A program made the translations under genes and the position numbers. Of a stretch of 64,000 nt of DNA, positions 48,017-60,599 are shown piece by piece; within the stretch, counting starts at the first letter, position 1, and each line of letters begins with the position of its first letter. The DNA is from Geosiphon pyriformis uo1. Taxonomy: Eukaryota > Fungi > Glomeromycota. The notes under the pieces are model-generated. The model made no database searches, was not told where the DNA came from, and saw only the letters and a list, made by a program, of their open reading frames with translations. Location: positions 1,813,187 to 1,877,186 of the forward strand of contig JAAOMT010000436.1 of assembly GCA_016748015.1 (NCBI GenBank), written 5' to 3'.

Positions 48017-50421
48017 TCACAGGCCGTTTTGTTCGCTGATTTCCCGGTAAGTATGAGATATGACAGCTCCTGAACTTCCAACCGAATCCAACCAATTCGT
48101 AGAAGTTATAATCGGCGCGTAAGGATGCCAATTTACATCACGAGTTACAATAGAATGGTTTCGACGTAGTCTCCGTGTTTCAGCATGACGATCCATAGCT
48201 GATTGAGCGTCAAGCTTTTCAACAATAGTCCCATCTAAACTGTAAATCTGTTTGCGAGTATAAACAAGGTTATGTAAGATCCCTCAACTTAAAGTTGATA
48301 ATTAGATGAAATACTTGCATGAGCATAACCATCCTCTGACCCAGAATAAAGATACCTTTTTTGGAATATATGTGAATTAGCTCAAGAATGATCTGATAAG
48401 GACTATGAGCTATTACAGAAGCGAATTTATTTTTATTTATACCTTTGTCCAGTGGTATGGCGAGGAGAAAAATGGCATCTTATTAAAGTTTTTAAGACCT
48501 TGTGACCCCGATATGTCATTACCGACACATCATGTGGATGTACCCCATATTTATTTCCAGGATATCGATGCATTCTGGAAAAGAGAACATAGCTAGATAG
48601 GAGCTCTATTGAAAATAAACTAGAAATAAAAATCCCATTACCTATAGTCCCAATCATCTCGTCGTTGGTCTTTTTCGCGATGCGGAAGTCCATCAAATTT
48701 GTCGCTGGACATCATTTTTCTTTAAGGAAAAATCTATGAGAAAAAATCGAGACTTCAAAACTAATGTTTGAAATAAACCGAAATAGGAAATACCTTATAT
48801 CCCACAACTTCATTGATTGGTCTTTAGAGTTTGACAGACAATACCTGCCATCTCCTTTGGATGCCACATAAGTAATACCTTCTCGATGTCCTATCAACAC
48901 TCCACTAGCTTTTTTACCATGCATTGATCTCCGATCCCTTGAAATGTTGAGGAGTAAAATGATTCAAGTTTTGATATTAAAATAGTGAGAAAATATCTAT
49001 TAAGACTTACCAAACTTTGATAATTGAATCATCACTACCACTATATAGAATGTTCGACGATTCATCTGCAAAGCATACAGCATTTACATCATCGGAATGA
49101 CCAGAAAGTTTGAGTGTGACCTTGTTTCTTTCAATGTTACAGACTAGATTATTTCAAGCATAAATTATGATCAGTTAAAGTTTAAAGTGAGAGAAGTGTT
49201 ATAATTATATTTTTTGAAAATTTTAATTACCGTAAATACTTTTTTTGTTACTTCCTGCAACTAGTTCCCTCCCATCATTTGAAAAACGAATAGACCAAAG
49301 CTGATTAATGAGATGAAAAATATTGTTGATTGAGTATTTGATGATAAAGCATAAGTGAGATTGGGAAAAACTTACACCAAAATCGTCACCCCGTTGATTG
49401 GAAAAATCTAACTTAGTTTGAAACCCATTTTCTTGTGTTCTCGCGATAAAAACATACGGGGTGATGCTTGTATATGCAATCAATTGGTTATCGGGACTCA
49501 AATTAGCATCAGTAATTGTCCATCTCCCTTGCTCCCCAATGATTACTTTTTTCTGAATAAAACGAGTCGGATCTGATGTGTCATAGGTATAAATACGAAA
49601 ATCTCTACAGCATGTATAAAAGAAAGATCCATCCTCCGAATACTGTCCACAGTATGCGGGTGCAGGATAATGTGCAACTATTTGACCGTGGGAATTAGGT
49701 CGGAAGTGCTTTGACAGATGATTCAATATGGGTATCAAAAAAGTTACTTTAGATTATGCAGAAGGTGAAAGTATGAACATTCCTAATATTTATGGAATCG
49801 ATTCTAAAATTATGCACCTTCCCCACAAAGTCAGGAGAAATTCTTCGAGGGAAAGTCTCCCGAAATCTAAGTTTATCGATAATGTTTTTGGAAGATGGAA
49901 GATTTCCGATGGAGCCTGGAGCTTCATATCGCTCGACCTATCCAACATAGCGTAAAATTACGCTTAAAGTGGGCAAATAATGAAGCCTTACAAAGTTGAA
50001 AGGAATTTCGGTATACATGTCCAAACTCGCCGGTTTTCAACAATAAATCTCCTCGGGGATCAGGATCAGGGTGTCGTTGCTCTTGAGCTTCGGTCCTGTC
50101 ACGTTGATGCTGCCCCCAGCCAAATAAGTATGTCCAACGAAGACTATTCAACCCGCGGCCTTCTAAAAGGGATCACAATAATTACTTTAGGAATAAAACT
50201 TTGATATTGAGCGAAAAATTAACAATGTCTTAAGAATGATTCTGGAGTGTACAAGTTGGATTTCTTTGGATACCTTCGTCGTCTTCTTCTTCTTGCTCTT
50301 CGTCCGAAGCTTCAATTTCTTCTTCGGTTTCTTCTTGTTCCTGTTCCTCCTCTTCTTCCCAACCGTCTTGCAATTCAACGTCTATAGGAATGGAAATCTC
50401 AGAGGTGATAGTGTCGGCCAT
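48017..50421 (-). CDS. WD40 protein, DCAF11/WDR23/LEC14B-like (multi-exon)
   Basis: Acidic N-terminus, then AYCGQYSEDGSFFY, GRWTITDA, WSIRFSNDGRE, GHSDDVNAV, GHREGITYV, KDQSMKLWDIR, TYRGHKVLKTLIRCHFSP, YLYSGSEDG, RDVNWHP. Short AT-rich introns; TGA at 48019-48017. Confidence 0.92.
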
Positions 50422-50650
50422 GGTCAGGAATGTTGGAAAGTTTGGATACTATAAATATGAACATTAAAAACACTCGATCTGATGTTGAATGCACGATTAC
50501 TAATATGTCTTAGAATTGTTGGGCTAAAAAGTAAGCAGTGATTCCCCTCATTAGATCAATCAAAATTAATTTATCAACAAAATCTATATAAACATGGTGC
50601 TAGTATCTTTTTTTCTTTTTTCTTTATAGCATTCAATCCTAACAGAAACG
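50422..50650. promoter_or_regulatory. Short divergent (bidirectional) promoter region
   Basis: 229 bp between head-to-head ATGs, with TATATAAA at ~50585 followed by a pyrimidine tract. Confidence 0.6.
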
Positions 50651-52893
50651 ATGACAGAGATCACGAAAAATCTAAATGGTTCACAAGTGATCGCTAAATC
50701 TCTAAAAAGTCAAGATGTTCAAGTGGTTTTTGGTATAGTTGGCATCCCTGTGATCGAAGTAAGGTTAATCATTCCAATTCTGCATTTTTTGTGATACTTC
50801 TAAATCTATGGCGCGGAGGAAATTCCTTGACCGAAATGTCTGATGAAATATCATGGAAAAGGTTGCAGAGGCCATCATCGCTGAAGGAATTAAATTCATT
50901 GGCTTTCGAAATGAACAATCCGCCAGTTATGCTGCAAGTGCATATGGTAAATCATTTTACTAGTTTAGCTAGATCCTTATATTTTTAATTTATCTGATTC
51001 CAATGAATTTAGGTTTTTTAACCGGGCGACCGGGTGTAAGCTTCTTTACTCAATTCCTTCGCTTTTATTCATTTGTGAGAAAGCCATAAATTCAAGATTT
51101 TTAATTGATTTGAAAAGATATGTTTGGTTGTTGGGGGTCCCGGAGTAGTTCATGCCTTGGCGGGTTTGGTTAATGCCCAAGTCAATTGTTGGCCAATTCT
51201 TTTACTTGCTGGATCATCGGACTCCTATCAACAAGGAATGGGCGCATTTCAAGAACTCGATCAAGTTTCATTTTGCAAACAAAGTACAAAATACTCTGTA
51301 AGACCTCCCACCATCATGAAAATTCCAAATATTTTGGATAAGGCATTACGTACGTCAACTTATGGACGACCCGGACCAGTGTATATGGATCTACCGGCTG
51401 ATTTTATTCAAGGATCTGTGGAAATCAACAGGATTAGTTTTCCGGGTCCAATCCCAGACCCTCCACAATCATTGGCTGATTTTAAGAGTGTGATAACAGC
51501 TGTGGATTTGTTAAAGAATGCGAAAGCTCCTCTAATAATTATTGGGAAAGGAGCATCATATGCTCGTGCCGAGATAGAAATCTCTGAATTTATTGAAAAG
51601 ACGGGAATCCCATTTCTTTCAACTCCGATGGGAAAGGGTGTAGTTCCTGACTCTCATCCTTTAAATGTGGCTGCGTCCAGATCACAAGCTTTAGCTGGTG
51701 CTGATGTGATTTTGCTTTTAGGAGCAAGATTAAATTGGATCTTGCATTTTGGTTTACCCCCAAAATTTAATGAGCGTGTCAAGTTGATCCAAGTTGATAT
51801 TCATCCTGAGGAACATCATAATAATCGTCGAGCTAATGTCTCATTACTTGGGCATCTCCCATTGATTGTCGCCCAGCTAGTCGCCCAGTTTCCTTCCAAC
51901 CTTAATTATTCTGCCAACAGCCCTTATCTCCTCGGATTAAAAGAGAAAATACGTGCTAATGTCATATTGAACGAGAAAAAGTTTAAGGACGACACTTTTC
52001 CAATGAGTTATCATCGTGCATTTTGGGAGATTAAAAAGCGTTTACCGGAAAAAAATATAGTTTTTATCAGCGAAGGTGCCAACACTATGGATATCGCAAG
52101 ATCAATATTTGATCTTCAGGAACCAAGATGTAGATTAGATGCTGGTAAGTTGTTAAGAAAATATTTTTTAGCCTAATAAATTTACTATATATTATCCATC
52201 GTTCCTTAGGAACCTTCGCGACAATGGGAGTTGGAATGGGTTTTGCCATCGCCGGTAATTTATAAAAATTACTTTACTCATCTTACAATATCTACATAAA
52301 TTATTCTTCTATTTTGATCGAAAAGCCCAAGTGAAATATCCGAATAAGAGGATTGTTGCTATTGAAGGAGATTCGGCATTTGGATTCAGGTATTCTACAT
52401 CCTTTTTAATTTCACTGAATAATCGAAACTTTCACTATATGATCAATCCTTTAACAGTGCGATGGAAATCGAAACAGCCGTCAGAGCGAAACTTCCTTTG
52501 ATTATCATTATTATCAATAACAACGGCATCTATCAGGGACTCGATTCACAAGAGTACAACTCGACACCAATAAGCAATCTACCCTCGACCGCCCTATTGC
52601 CCGAAGTTAGGTATGATTTAATTGCTGATGCTTGTGGTGGTAAAGGTTTTTTAGTGTGGACGCCCGGGGAGTTGGGGGATGCGGTGAATTCTGCTTTAGG
52701 TGCCAATCGGGAAAAGTGTGTGGTTATTAATGTGATGATTCAACCGGGTGGCAAGAAAAAATTGGTGATTATCCATTATTTTATAAAAGTCGAATTTTTA
52801 ATATTCTTCGTAAATTTATTTTTAATTCAACCTCTTTTCGATTGATATTGAAAGAATTTCGCGTGGTTGCAAACTACAAAGCCAAATCTATGA
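50651..52893 (+). CDS. HACL1: 2-hydroxyacyl-CoA lyase (TPP-dependent; oxalyl-CoA decarboxylase family), multi-exon
   Basis: [84 protein letters not shown]...NNNGIY. Canonical GT-AG introns; the last exon reads [12 protein letters not shown]. Confidence 0.93.
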
Positions 52894-53078
52894 ACCTAAA
52901 TTTTTGTAAAAAGACGATGACTTTTTATCAAATAGCTAGATTTTTGACCACAAAGAAGTGTAATTTAAATAAATGTATATCAATTTTGAAGTTATTATTT
53001 GGTATACTTCTATTCTTGATCAATTGGTCTAATCTTAATGGCATGATAATTTAAAATGTTACTTTCTCAGTGACTTAC

Positions 53079-54500
53079 GGATTAATTTTAGCACATCAAT
53101 AACGGGCAATACTGTGTAACGCCTGCACGGTCACTGTAGAACCAAAGCTCCATCAGGCAATGCCTGGGGGAAGATCCCCCGAGCGATATTTTCATCTCTA
53201 TCTATCACAATCCACAATTCCGGCAGTTGTACACTTCGGATCCTCCGATCCTTTGGATGTTGCCGCAATGACTACAAGTCTTGGATGTGTAAGCTTCGTT
53301 CTAATAACAGGGAATCCTAATTCGGCCTTGGTGATCTGACGTTGTCGAAAGTGATAATGTACCCAACAAACCATTTTCAAAAAAGTTTTTCGTTTAATCC
53401 TTCTTGTCTTGCGATTCAACATGTCAGACACTTCAAAAGGAGGAAATGACAACAGCGTCGGATTCGCGGGAAAGAATCTAACTAATTTTTCACTTTGCAG
53501 ATGTATAACTTTTCGCCGCATCCGGAAAATCACCCTATCGAGTCGTTAGGCCATTTTATTAAGTTTTGAGGAGGATGCTAATAAATTATCCTTGAAGCTG
53601 AGATAATCCGAATATTTGCAAATGCGAATTATACGTCCAATATGATGTTCGCCAATCTTGTCTACACCTTTCGTGGGATTAAAAGGTATACAGATGCCGG
53701 TATCAATGGAGAGAGCCATCCGATTGATTTTCGTGGAGCTAACTTGCACTCGTTAGTTTTACGATATTAAGTGAGCTTGCCATCCAATATTATCTTGTGA
53801 GGAATGGGTCACCTATTAATATGCCTCTTTTTTTCGATATGAAAAGACCACAAAGCACGCTTGTCATTATCCAGAAGGGGGCTAGGGTTATGACGATGTG
53901 TATTAAGCATCGACGGATTATGGAGTGACATAGAAACGGTTCCATATGGATTTCGAAAAATTCTGTCATTTTTTCGGATCTTTTTGAGATTGAAATGATA
54001 GTGTGCTGATAGACCTTGGCAATTCGCATTACGCCTAGTTACTTCTTCCCTAGCAACCAATGCTTCATCGATTATATTCGCAGGCGCTCTGCCGTGCATA
54101 CTTGAAGGAACATTCCGAGACACACAACAGTTCGCATGAACTTACGCTCGCCCCTTTTTGGAATTTCTTGTTTCGTGTTCATTAGCATCTTTTCCTACGG
54201 TTAAAAATATATTGCATCTTTTGACGTTTGCAACGAGTTGCTGTCGCTTTTCGCCTGTTCTGACGCCCTCGTTGATGGAAAATCGAGAAAATCTATCACA
54301 GTGGATGGCCATAATTTCTGAGCCCATTTCGCGCTTGTTCGTTCCAATAGGGTCTTAAGTCCTGATCGTTTGAAGTTGATATCTGACCCGACATCGCTGG
54401 AGTTCGTGGGTTGTGAATCGAGTTGCTTTTGTCGCTCGAAATCCTCTTCTCCCTTTCCACTAGAGACACGGGCGTAGAGATGGTGAAGTTAGCTCAGGAA
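53079..54500 (-). ncRNA. Candidate structured long ncRNA (possible telomerase RNA)
   Basis: Exon-like base composition with CpG retained, but no long or recognisable ORF and no AT-rich introns. Several hairpins, an 8-nt UAACCCUA at 53890-53883 just 3' of a hairpin, a GC-rich three-way junction at 53147-53184, and a GTAAGT at the distal end. Confidence 0.35.
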
Positions 54501-54965
54501 AGAAGAGAAAAAGGTGGATTTACTAAGCAACTGATTAGTATTTTTATCGAGGCATTATTAAACAAATCTTTTCATCAGCAAACTGAGAAATGACAAATTT
54601 GTAGATTGCCCCTTATACTCAGATTAAAGGTTTATACAATGATAATTTTTCGTTTCAATTAATGTAATTCAAAATTTTAAATTGCGCCTTTTCCTCGCTT
54701 GACAATAAAGACGAATTCCTAAATCCGATTTAATTAATTTCATAGTGATAGCAAATAATATATAAAATATTTCAATTATACAAAAACATCTCAATTCTAC
54801 ATGCCTTGCTCTATGAAGGCGCGTGCCATCATTAGGATTCAAGAGTTAATCTATTTTTCCAAAAAGCTAGTAATGCAAGATCTGACCCATTGCTCGAGAT
54901 AGAAATAGAAAGATAGGGCAGGAATAATGTTCTGTTACGGCCATTATTTTTAGCATTGAATTATG

Positions 54966-57045
54966 CTACGTTTCGCTAAGTTCTTGTCCTGATGATATTG
55001 CTCCGGGTTGTGGTGGTGAACATGATGAAGATAATGTTGTTATTTTGGCTGCTGTTGAAGATGAAGATGGCAACGCATGAATAATCGATTCATGAAGCTG
55101 AATAGCTAAATCAGAACTAGGAAGCTGAGAACATATATCTTTTGGTGAATAAGGGAACTAAATAAATACAAAACTGAATTTAATGAGTACTTACCTTGAT
55201 AGCCAAATGTACAGGTTTTGAATTTTCAAAAGCATTTAAACGAACATATTTTTCAGAGGCAGCGAGTTGCACAGACATCCCTGTAAATAGGGAGATATTG
55301 AGAATAACACGTAAAACAGCATCTGCTCTCATAACTGTTCAAAAAATGGGACATTAAAAACTTTTGACGTATATAGAAGATACATTTGAGAACAATATGG
55401 ATTATTAAAATTATACCCAGACGGCTCTTGGTATGATCTCGCGTGATGTTAAGCTTAATTTGTCCGACCCCCCTTTCTTTCCATATATTTCCATCCATAC
55501 AATGGAGTTTAGCTCGAGACGAGAATAATGTTAGTTCATCTTCTTCTCCAGTCAAGACTATGAATAAACAGATAAAATTCTTCAGACTCGTATTTTCAAA
55601 GATTTTTTGAAATTTTTTCTATTTACCTTCTTGTTCCCTGAGTTGACTTGCTTGGCTAGGAAATTTAAATTCTTCACTTTCCTCATTAACCTGTGGCACC
55701 TCTTCAAGCATTGCGCTGAAGGATTTTGATGGTTTATCAGGAACCGCAAATCCCCCAAAAGTGGCTTCCTTCCCAATGGGGGAGTTAGATGATGACGCGC
55801 CAAAAACTGAAGAGTTGTTTAAGCTAATATGAGATCCGAAAGTTCCAGAGCTCCCAGAAGAAAAGGTGTTGAAATTTGATGATTTATTTAAGGGGCCCGA
55901 GAGACCAAAAGACTAACGAAAGATAGACAATATTAATGAGTGGTGTAAGGAACGCGTTTAGTAAAGGAATACTGACTGTTGATGGTATAAGAGAACTTTT
56001 GCTGCCAAATATATGAGCTTTGCTGGGAACAGAAGAAAAAGCAGTACCACTGCCAAAAATTCTGGTAGTCCGAGAAGGTAGTGTGGGGGACGATGGGGTT
56101 TCTGAATTGAGTTGAACATCTTGATTAATGCGTTTTTCTTTTATCTGAACATCTTGATTTGTGGACATCTTTTTCCCACTCTCATTTGGATAATTCGGTA
56201 CTCTTGGAGATTGGGTTTCTTCTATATTATTCCGCGATCTTTTGCGAGGTGCATTTAAGGGAGATTTTTCAACTTTAGAGTCGATTTCCCAATCGGTTGG
56301 TTTTTCCTGATGCGTGATAGATTCAGAAGGGTTAATGGTAGCTTTTAATATAAGGCCTTCAGCAGCTTTTTCCTCCTGAATCTGATTTGAGGAGGGTATT
56401 TTAGGATTATGGGTCACGAGTAAAGCGTTACTAAATGTTGGTGGGTCTACTTTTTCGGCATCTATGCTATTTTCTGCAGATTCAACCTTATTATGGATTT
56501 CGTCTAGTTGAAGGGAATCGCTTGCTAAAATTAATAGCATAAAATATCATGTACAGAATCCGATAAACCATGTATTAAAATGAGTTAGAGACATTTCTTT
56601 TACGTAATTCTGGAGCTTTTACCTCCTTCGACATTAAGAGTTTCGACCTTTCCCGTAACTACAAGAACTGCCTTTTCAGATTGGTCAAAGTTTGAAAAAT
56701 GATCTGCCTCATTTTCCTCGTCTTCTTTATGACGCCTGTTTAGAAATTATCAAGAAAAATCAATACTATATTTATTAAAGGTCAAAGTATCAAAATAAAA
56801 ATCCTTACGTTTTTTTGGCAATAAGAGGTTCTTCATCGTCAGATTCAGGTATCTGAGTGTAATTTCTGATCAGTCAATTTCCACTAACTTATTCATATAG
56901 GAAACTTTAACTTGGAATTAGTGAAGAAAAGCCTTGCAACCTGATCGGCTTCTCGAATTTCCCCTTCGCCTTGTTCCTTTGCTTCTCGCTTACGCTTGGA
57001 TGCAGCCTCTGTTGTGTGTTCCTCCAGCCCTAGATATTCGGTCAT
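54966..57045 (-). CDS. Ran-binding domain protein, RanBP3/Yrb2-like (multi-exon)
   Basis: N-terminal KRKRE NLS-like motif, FG motifs (RIFGS, HIFGS, VFG), and Ran[18 protein letters not shown]...[12 protein letters not shown]...[15 protein letters not shown] at 54968-54966. Confidence 0.88.
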
Positions 57046-57712
57046 GGTGAACACGAGAAACGAGAGTCCGACTCCCAATCAGCAATTTTGTGCTGGGCAC
57101 ATTGCTAGACGAAGTACTACCAAAGGAAGCATACCAACTACATCTCGAAATTCGGCAGAAGCCATTGTACTGATCTTACAAATGATTAAAGCTGGAGGGT
57201 AAGTATCTCGCGGGAAATTATAAAAATTACAAAAAATTGGGCCGGTTGCAACGGATAGACCAAGAAAGTGTTTTATCAAAAAATATCAAATACGTAAAGA
57301 ACCAACAAAAAATGCCTCTCTTTTGTTTGGGTTTATTAAAGTGCCTATCCGCTAGATTACTTTTAATAATGATGCCGTGTCAATTTTGTGCTGTCACGCA
57401 TTGAAACTATCTCGATATCAATTATACAAATCTCACAACCCTATGATTTTTTAATAATTTAACTATTAAAAATACCAAGCTTTTCAACCCTGAAAATATT
57501 AAATTTTAAACTTGAACATAATAAATCCCTTTCTCTATCTTGCGGTTACTTTATATAAGAAGATAGACAATTGAATAGTTCGAATTAAAAACGCACCTCA
57601 CTTCTATTTTAACAACCCCATCCTAAGATATCCATTATAAACCTCATCGTCTCAGTGATATATTTTGAAAATTATATTTTCATCTTCCTATTGCTTTTCC
57701 TCGCAAATTACT

Positions 57713-58592
57713 TTAATCATCCTCGTGCGGTAATCCCTTAGCTTTTCCCCAAGCTTTCTTGAGAATAGTTAATCCCTCCTTACTCTCCAATGTGAATCCC
57801 TTTCGTTTGACCCAACCATGATTTACTGTTACAATAGCGCAAAGATCGTGATTTTTCCAGCGACCAAAATCACGGGCCCACTATAAAAAATAAATATCAA
57901 TGGGAGAATTATCAAAATGATCAACAAAAAAAGGAAAATTTAAAATGAACAAAATACCCAGAGATCGAAACCACCCGAACCCGAACCCCTGTCAAATTAA
58001 GAAAATTTTTAATAAAGTCGATGTATCTATTCGATTAAAGTTAATCGTTTGAAGAGCTGATTCCTTCCCATTTCATTTTATTTTATTCTTTTACTCCAGT
58101 TTCCCAAATTTCTACTCTCTTTACCTACCACTTTGATAAGTCCGAGACACGGGCTTCCTGGTCTGTTTGAATTTTTTGGATATTTGTTAGAGGAACAGCC
58201 TTATCTCTAGAATCAGGTATGTAATAATTAAATATGTAAAGATAAGTTGAGGAAACAGCAATAAATTTGTCCTGGTAAAGCACAGGTTCGTTATCTTTTG
58301 AGCGAAATCTCTTCTTAGAAGTAGGTGAGTTTCCCCACTCGTCAGAATCAGGTGGAATGTCTGGGTCTATTTCTGGTTCTATTATATAAGTTGGGATATT
58401 GGCATCTGTTACATTTTCTGCCTCATCGTCGGTTACAAGGATAACTTCTCCATCCTCATTAGTAACTTCTTTCTTTTTAGCCTTCGAAGCGGTTACAGAA
58501 ACTGGAGCTGCGGTATGACTGGGTGATTCTGGTGGGGTTGAAGTGTCAATTGAACTATTACTCGAATTTGAACGTTTAAAACTAAAGGGCAT
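57713..58592 (-). CDS. Uncharacterised protein: Ser/acidic disordered N-terminus plus a probable PH-like domain (3 exons)
   Basis: ATG at 58592; exon 1 to ~58128, a ~30-nt micro-exon at ~57960-57990, and a last exon WARDFGRWK...PHEDD*. Splice sites are canonical. Confidence 0.75.
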
Positions 58593-60599
58593 TCTCAACG
58601 TGGAAGTTGAAAAGTTTGCTTGTTTGTGCGCTTGGGTTTTTAAAATAAGCTTATGCTTAAATGGTCACAACAAAATCAAAATTGTGGGTCAATTACGATT
58701 TTTGGATCAATTATGATTCCAAAATACATGTTATTTCAACTAATGATGCACTGAAACTGGTTGTAACCATAACAATATTGGTAAATTTAACATTACAATA
58801 GTTTTAAAGTTTTTAATTTATAAAGGTTGTGCATTTAATTAATTAAAACTTGTTATTTAATTTAAAAAAATATTTGTACAAAAAAATAAATATTAAAATG
58901 TTTTATTAAATGTAATTTAATCATTATTTATATGCATATAATATATACATGTTTTCATAATAAATGCAAATTATGTTCTTTTTAACTATTTAAGTTAATT
59001 AAAACTATGTTATTTTACTTTAACAAATTTTTTACAAAAAATCAAGTTTAAAAATTTTTAACCAACTATATTTAAAATACTATATATATTGTTATTTTTA
59101 CTTTTATAAATTTCAAGTAATCTAATTTAAAACTGTATTTATCTAAATTTATTCAAATTAAATTTATTAAAATGTTTTAATAATTTAATAAAATAATTAT
59201 TATTTATATTTTTTTGTTTAAATTTAAATTTTTTTTTATTAAATATTTTTGTATTGTTTTTATTTTAAAAAATTAAACTATAAATTTAATTTATATTTTT
59301 TTTATATATAATTAACTATTTATTTTTCAAATTAAATCTATTTAGTACTTTTATTTTATTAAAATATCTGTAAATATTTGTTTATTATATATGTTTTATA
59401 TCTATTTTTAATTTTTGTTTATAAAATATTACTTTTTACTAAATATATATTATATTATACAAAGTTTATTAAAATTAACTATAATTGTAAACAGATTTTA
59501 AAAATTATACACATTGAAAAAATAAGTTTTTTTTATTTTTTAATTAATTAAAGTTTTTAAAACAAATAAATTTTAAAGTATAAATTTAAGTAATCCAATT
59601 TTAAAATTATAATTAATATTAATAAAATTAATAAAAAACCAATATATATAATTTAAAAAAACAGCTTTAATATAAAATATTAAGCTAATAAATTAATTAA
59701 CAAAAATTTTAAATACAATAAAAAACTTAAAATTAAAAAAATTAAAAAACCAAATATTTTAAACTTTAATATACTAATTTTTTATTAAATACAGTTTTTA
59801 TACAAAATATTAGATTTAACAATTGCTTTATTAAAAGTTTTTGAACTTAAAAATTACAATAACAAATTATTATTAATAATTAATATTAAAAAATTAAAAA
59901 ATACAATAAATTTAATTATTAACTTAAAAAATCAAATTATTAAATTTAAAAACTATACAAAAAAATTGGTTAACTTAAACAATAATTTTTTGTTATTGAA
60001 ATCAAAACAATTTAAATAACTTTAAAAAACTTAAAATATATAATAATATATTATAAATTTAAGTATATAATAAACTCTCTCTATAGTCTTTCTGGTTATA
60101 GTTATTATTTTTTTATAATCACATTTTTTTAAAAACCAAAACCATTTATATATAATATTATCTCCTTATAGTCACTTTTACTATATATATCTCTTTATAG
60201 TCTCTATTTTCACAAATATAATAGCAAAATATAAGTAATTTCTACTCTTTATAGTTACACTATAATTATATGATATTAGATATGAACATCAAATGTCATC
60301 TCATATTTAATCAGACATGTACAGTCAGAGAGATTTTTCGATTTGTTAATGGAAATTATTCTTTTTATGGTAGTAAAAAAAATTAAAAAAGTTTCTAAAA
60401 ACAATTATAGAATACTAAACAAAATTTCTAAAATATTACAACATTCAATTACTCTTCTTCTTTATAAGCCACCACTGTTATCAGAAGACAATGACAAAAC
60501 TATTATATTTGGCTTGTTGTTTGTGAATATTATAAGAGTTTTAATAATAGTTAACATATAGTACAGTACTGTTGCTCTTGGTGCTTTGAAAACTGGTGG

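Noticed and set aside
53570-53650. GGATGC...GCTGAGA resembling the 5' half of a TPP riboswitch downstream of a TPP-dependent enzyme gene
   Set aside because: The 3' half (CUUGAU...UAAU...GCG) is absent, and the site is ~700 nt past the stop codon.
53198-54358. Several 61-111 aa ORFs as exons of a protein gene
   Set aside because: No motif, different frames, and no AT-rich introns between them unlike all neighbouring genes. Not fully excluded.
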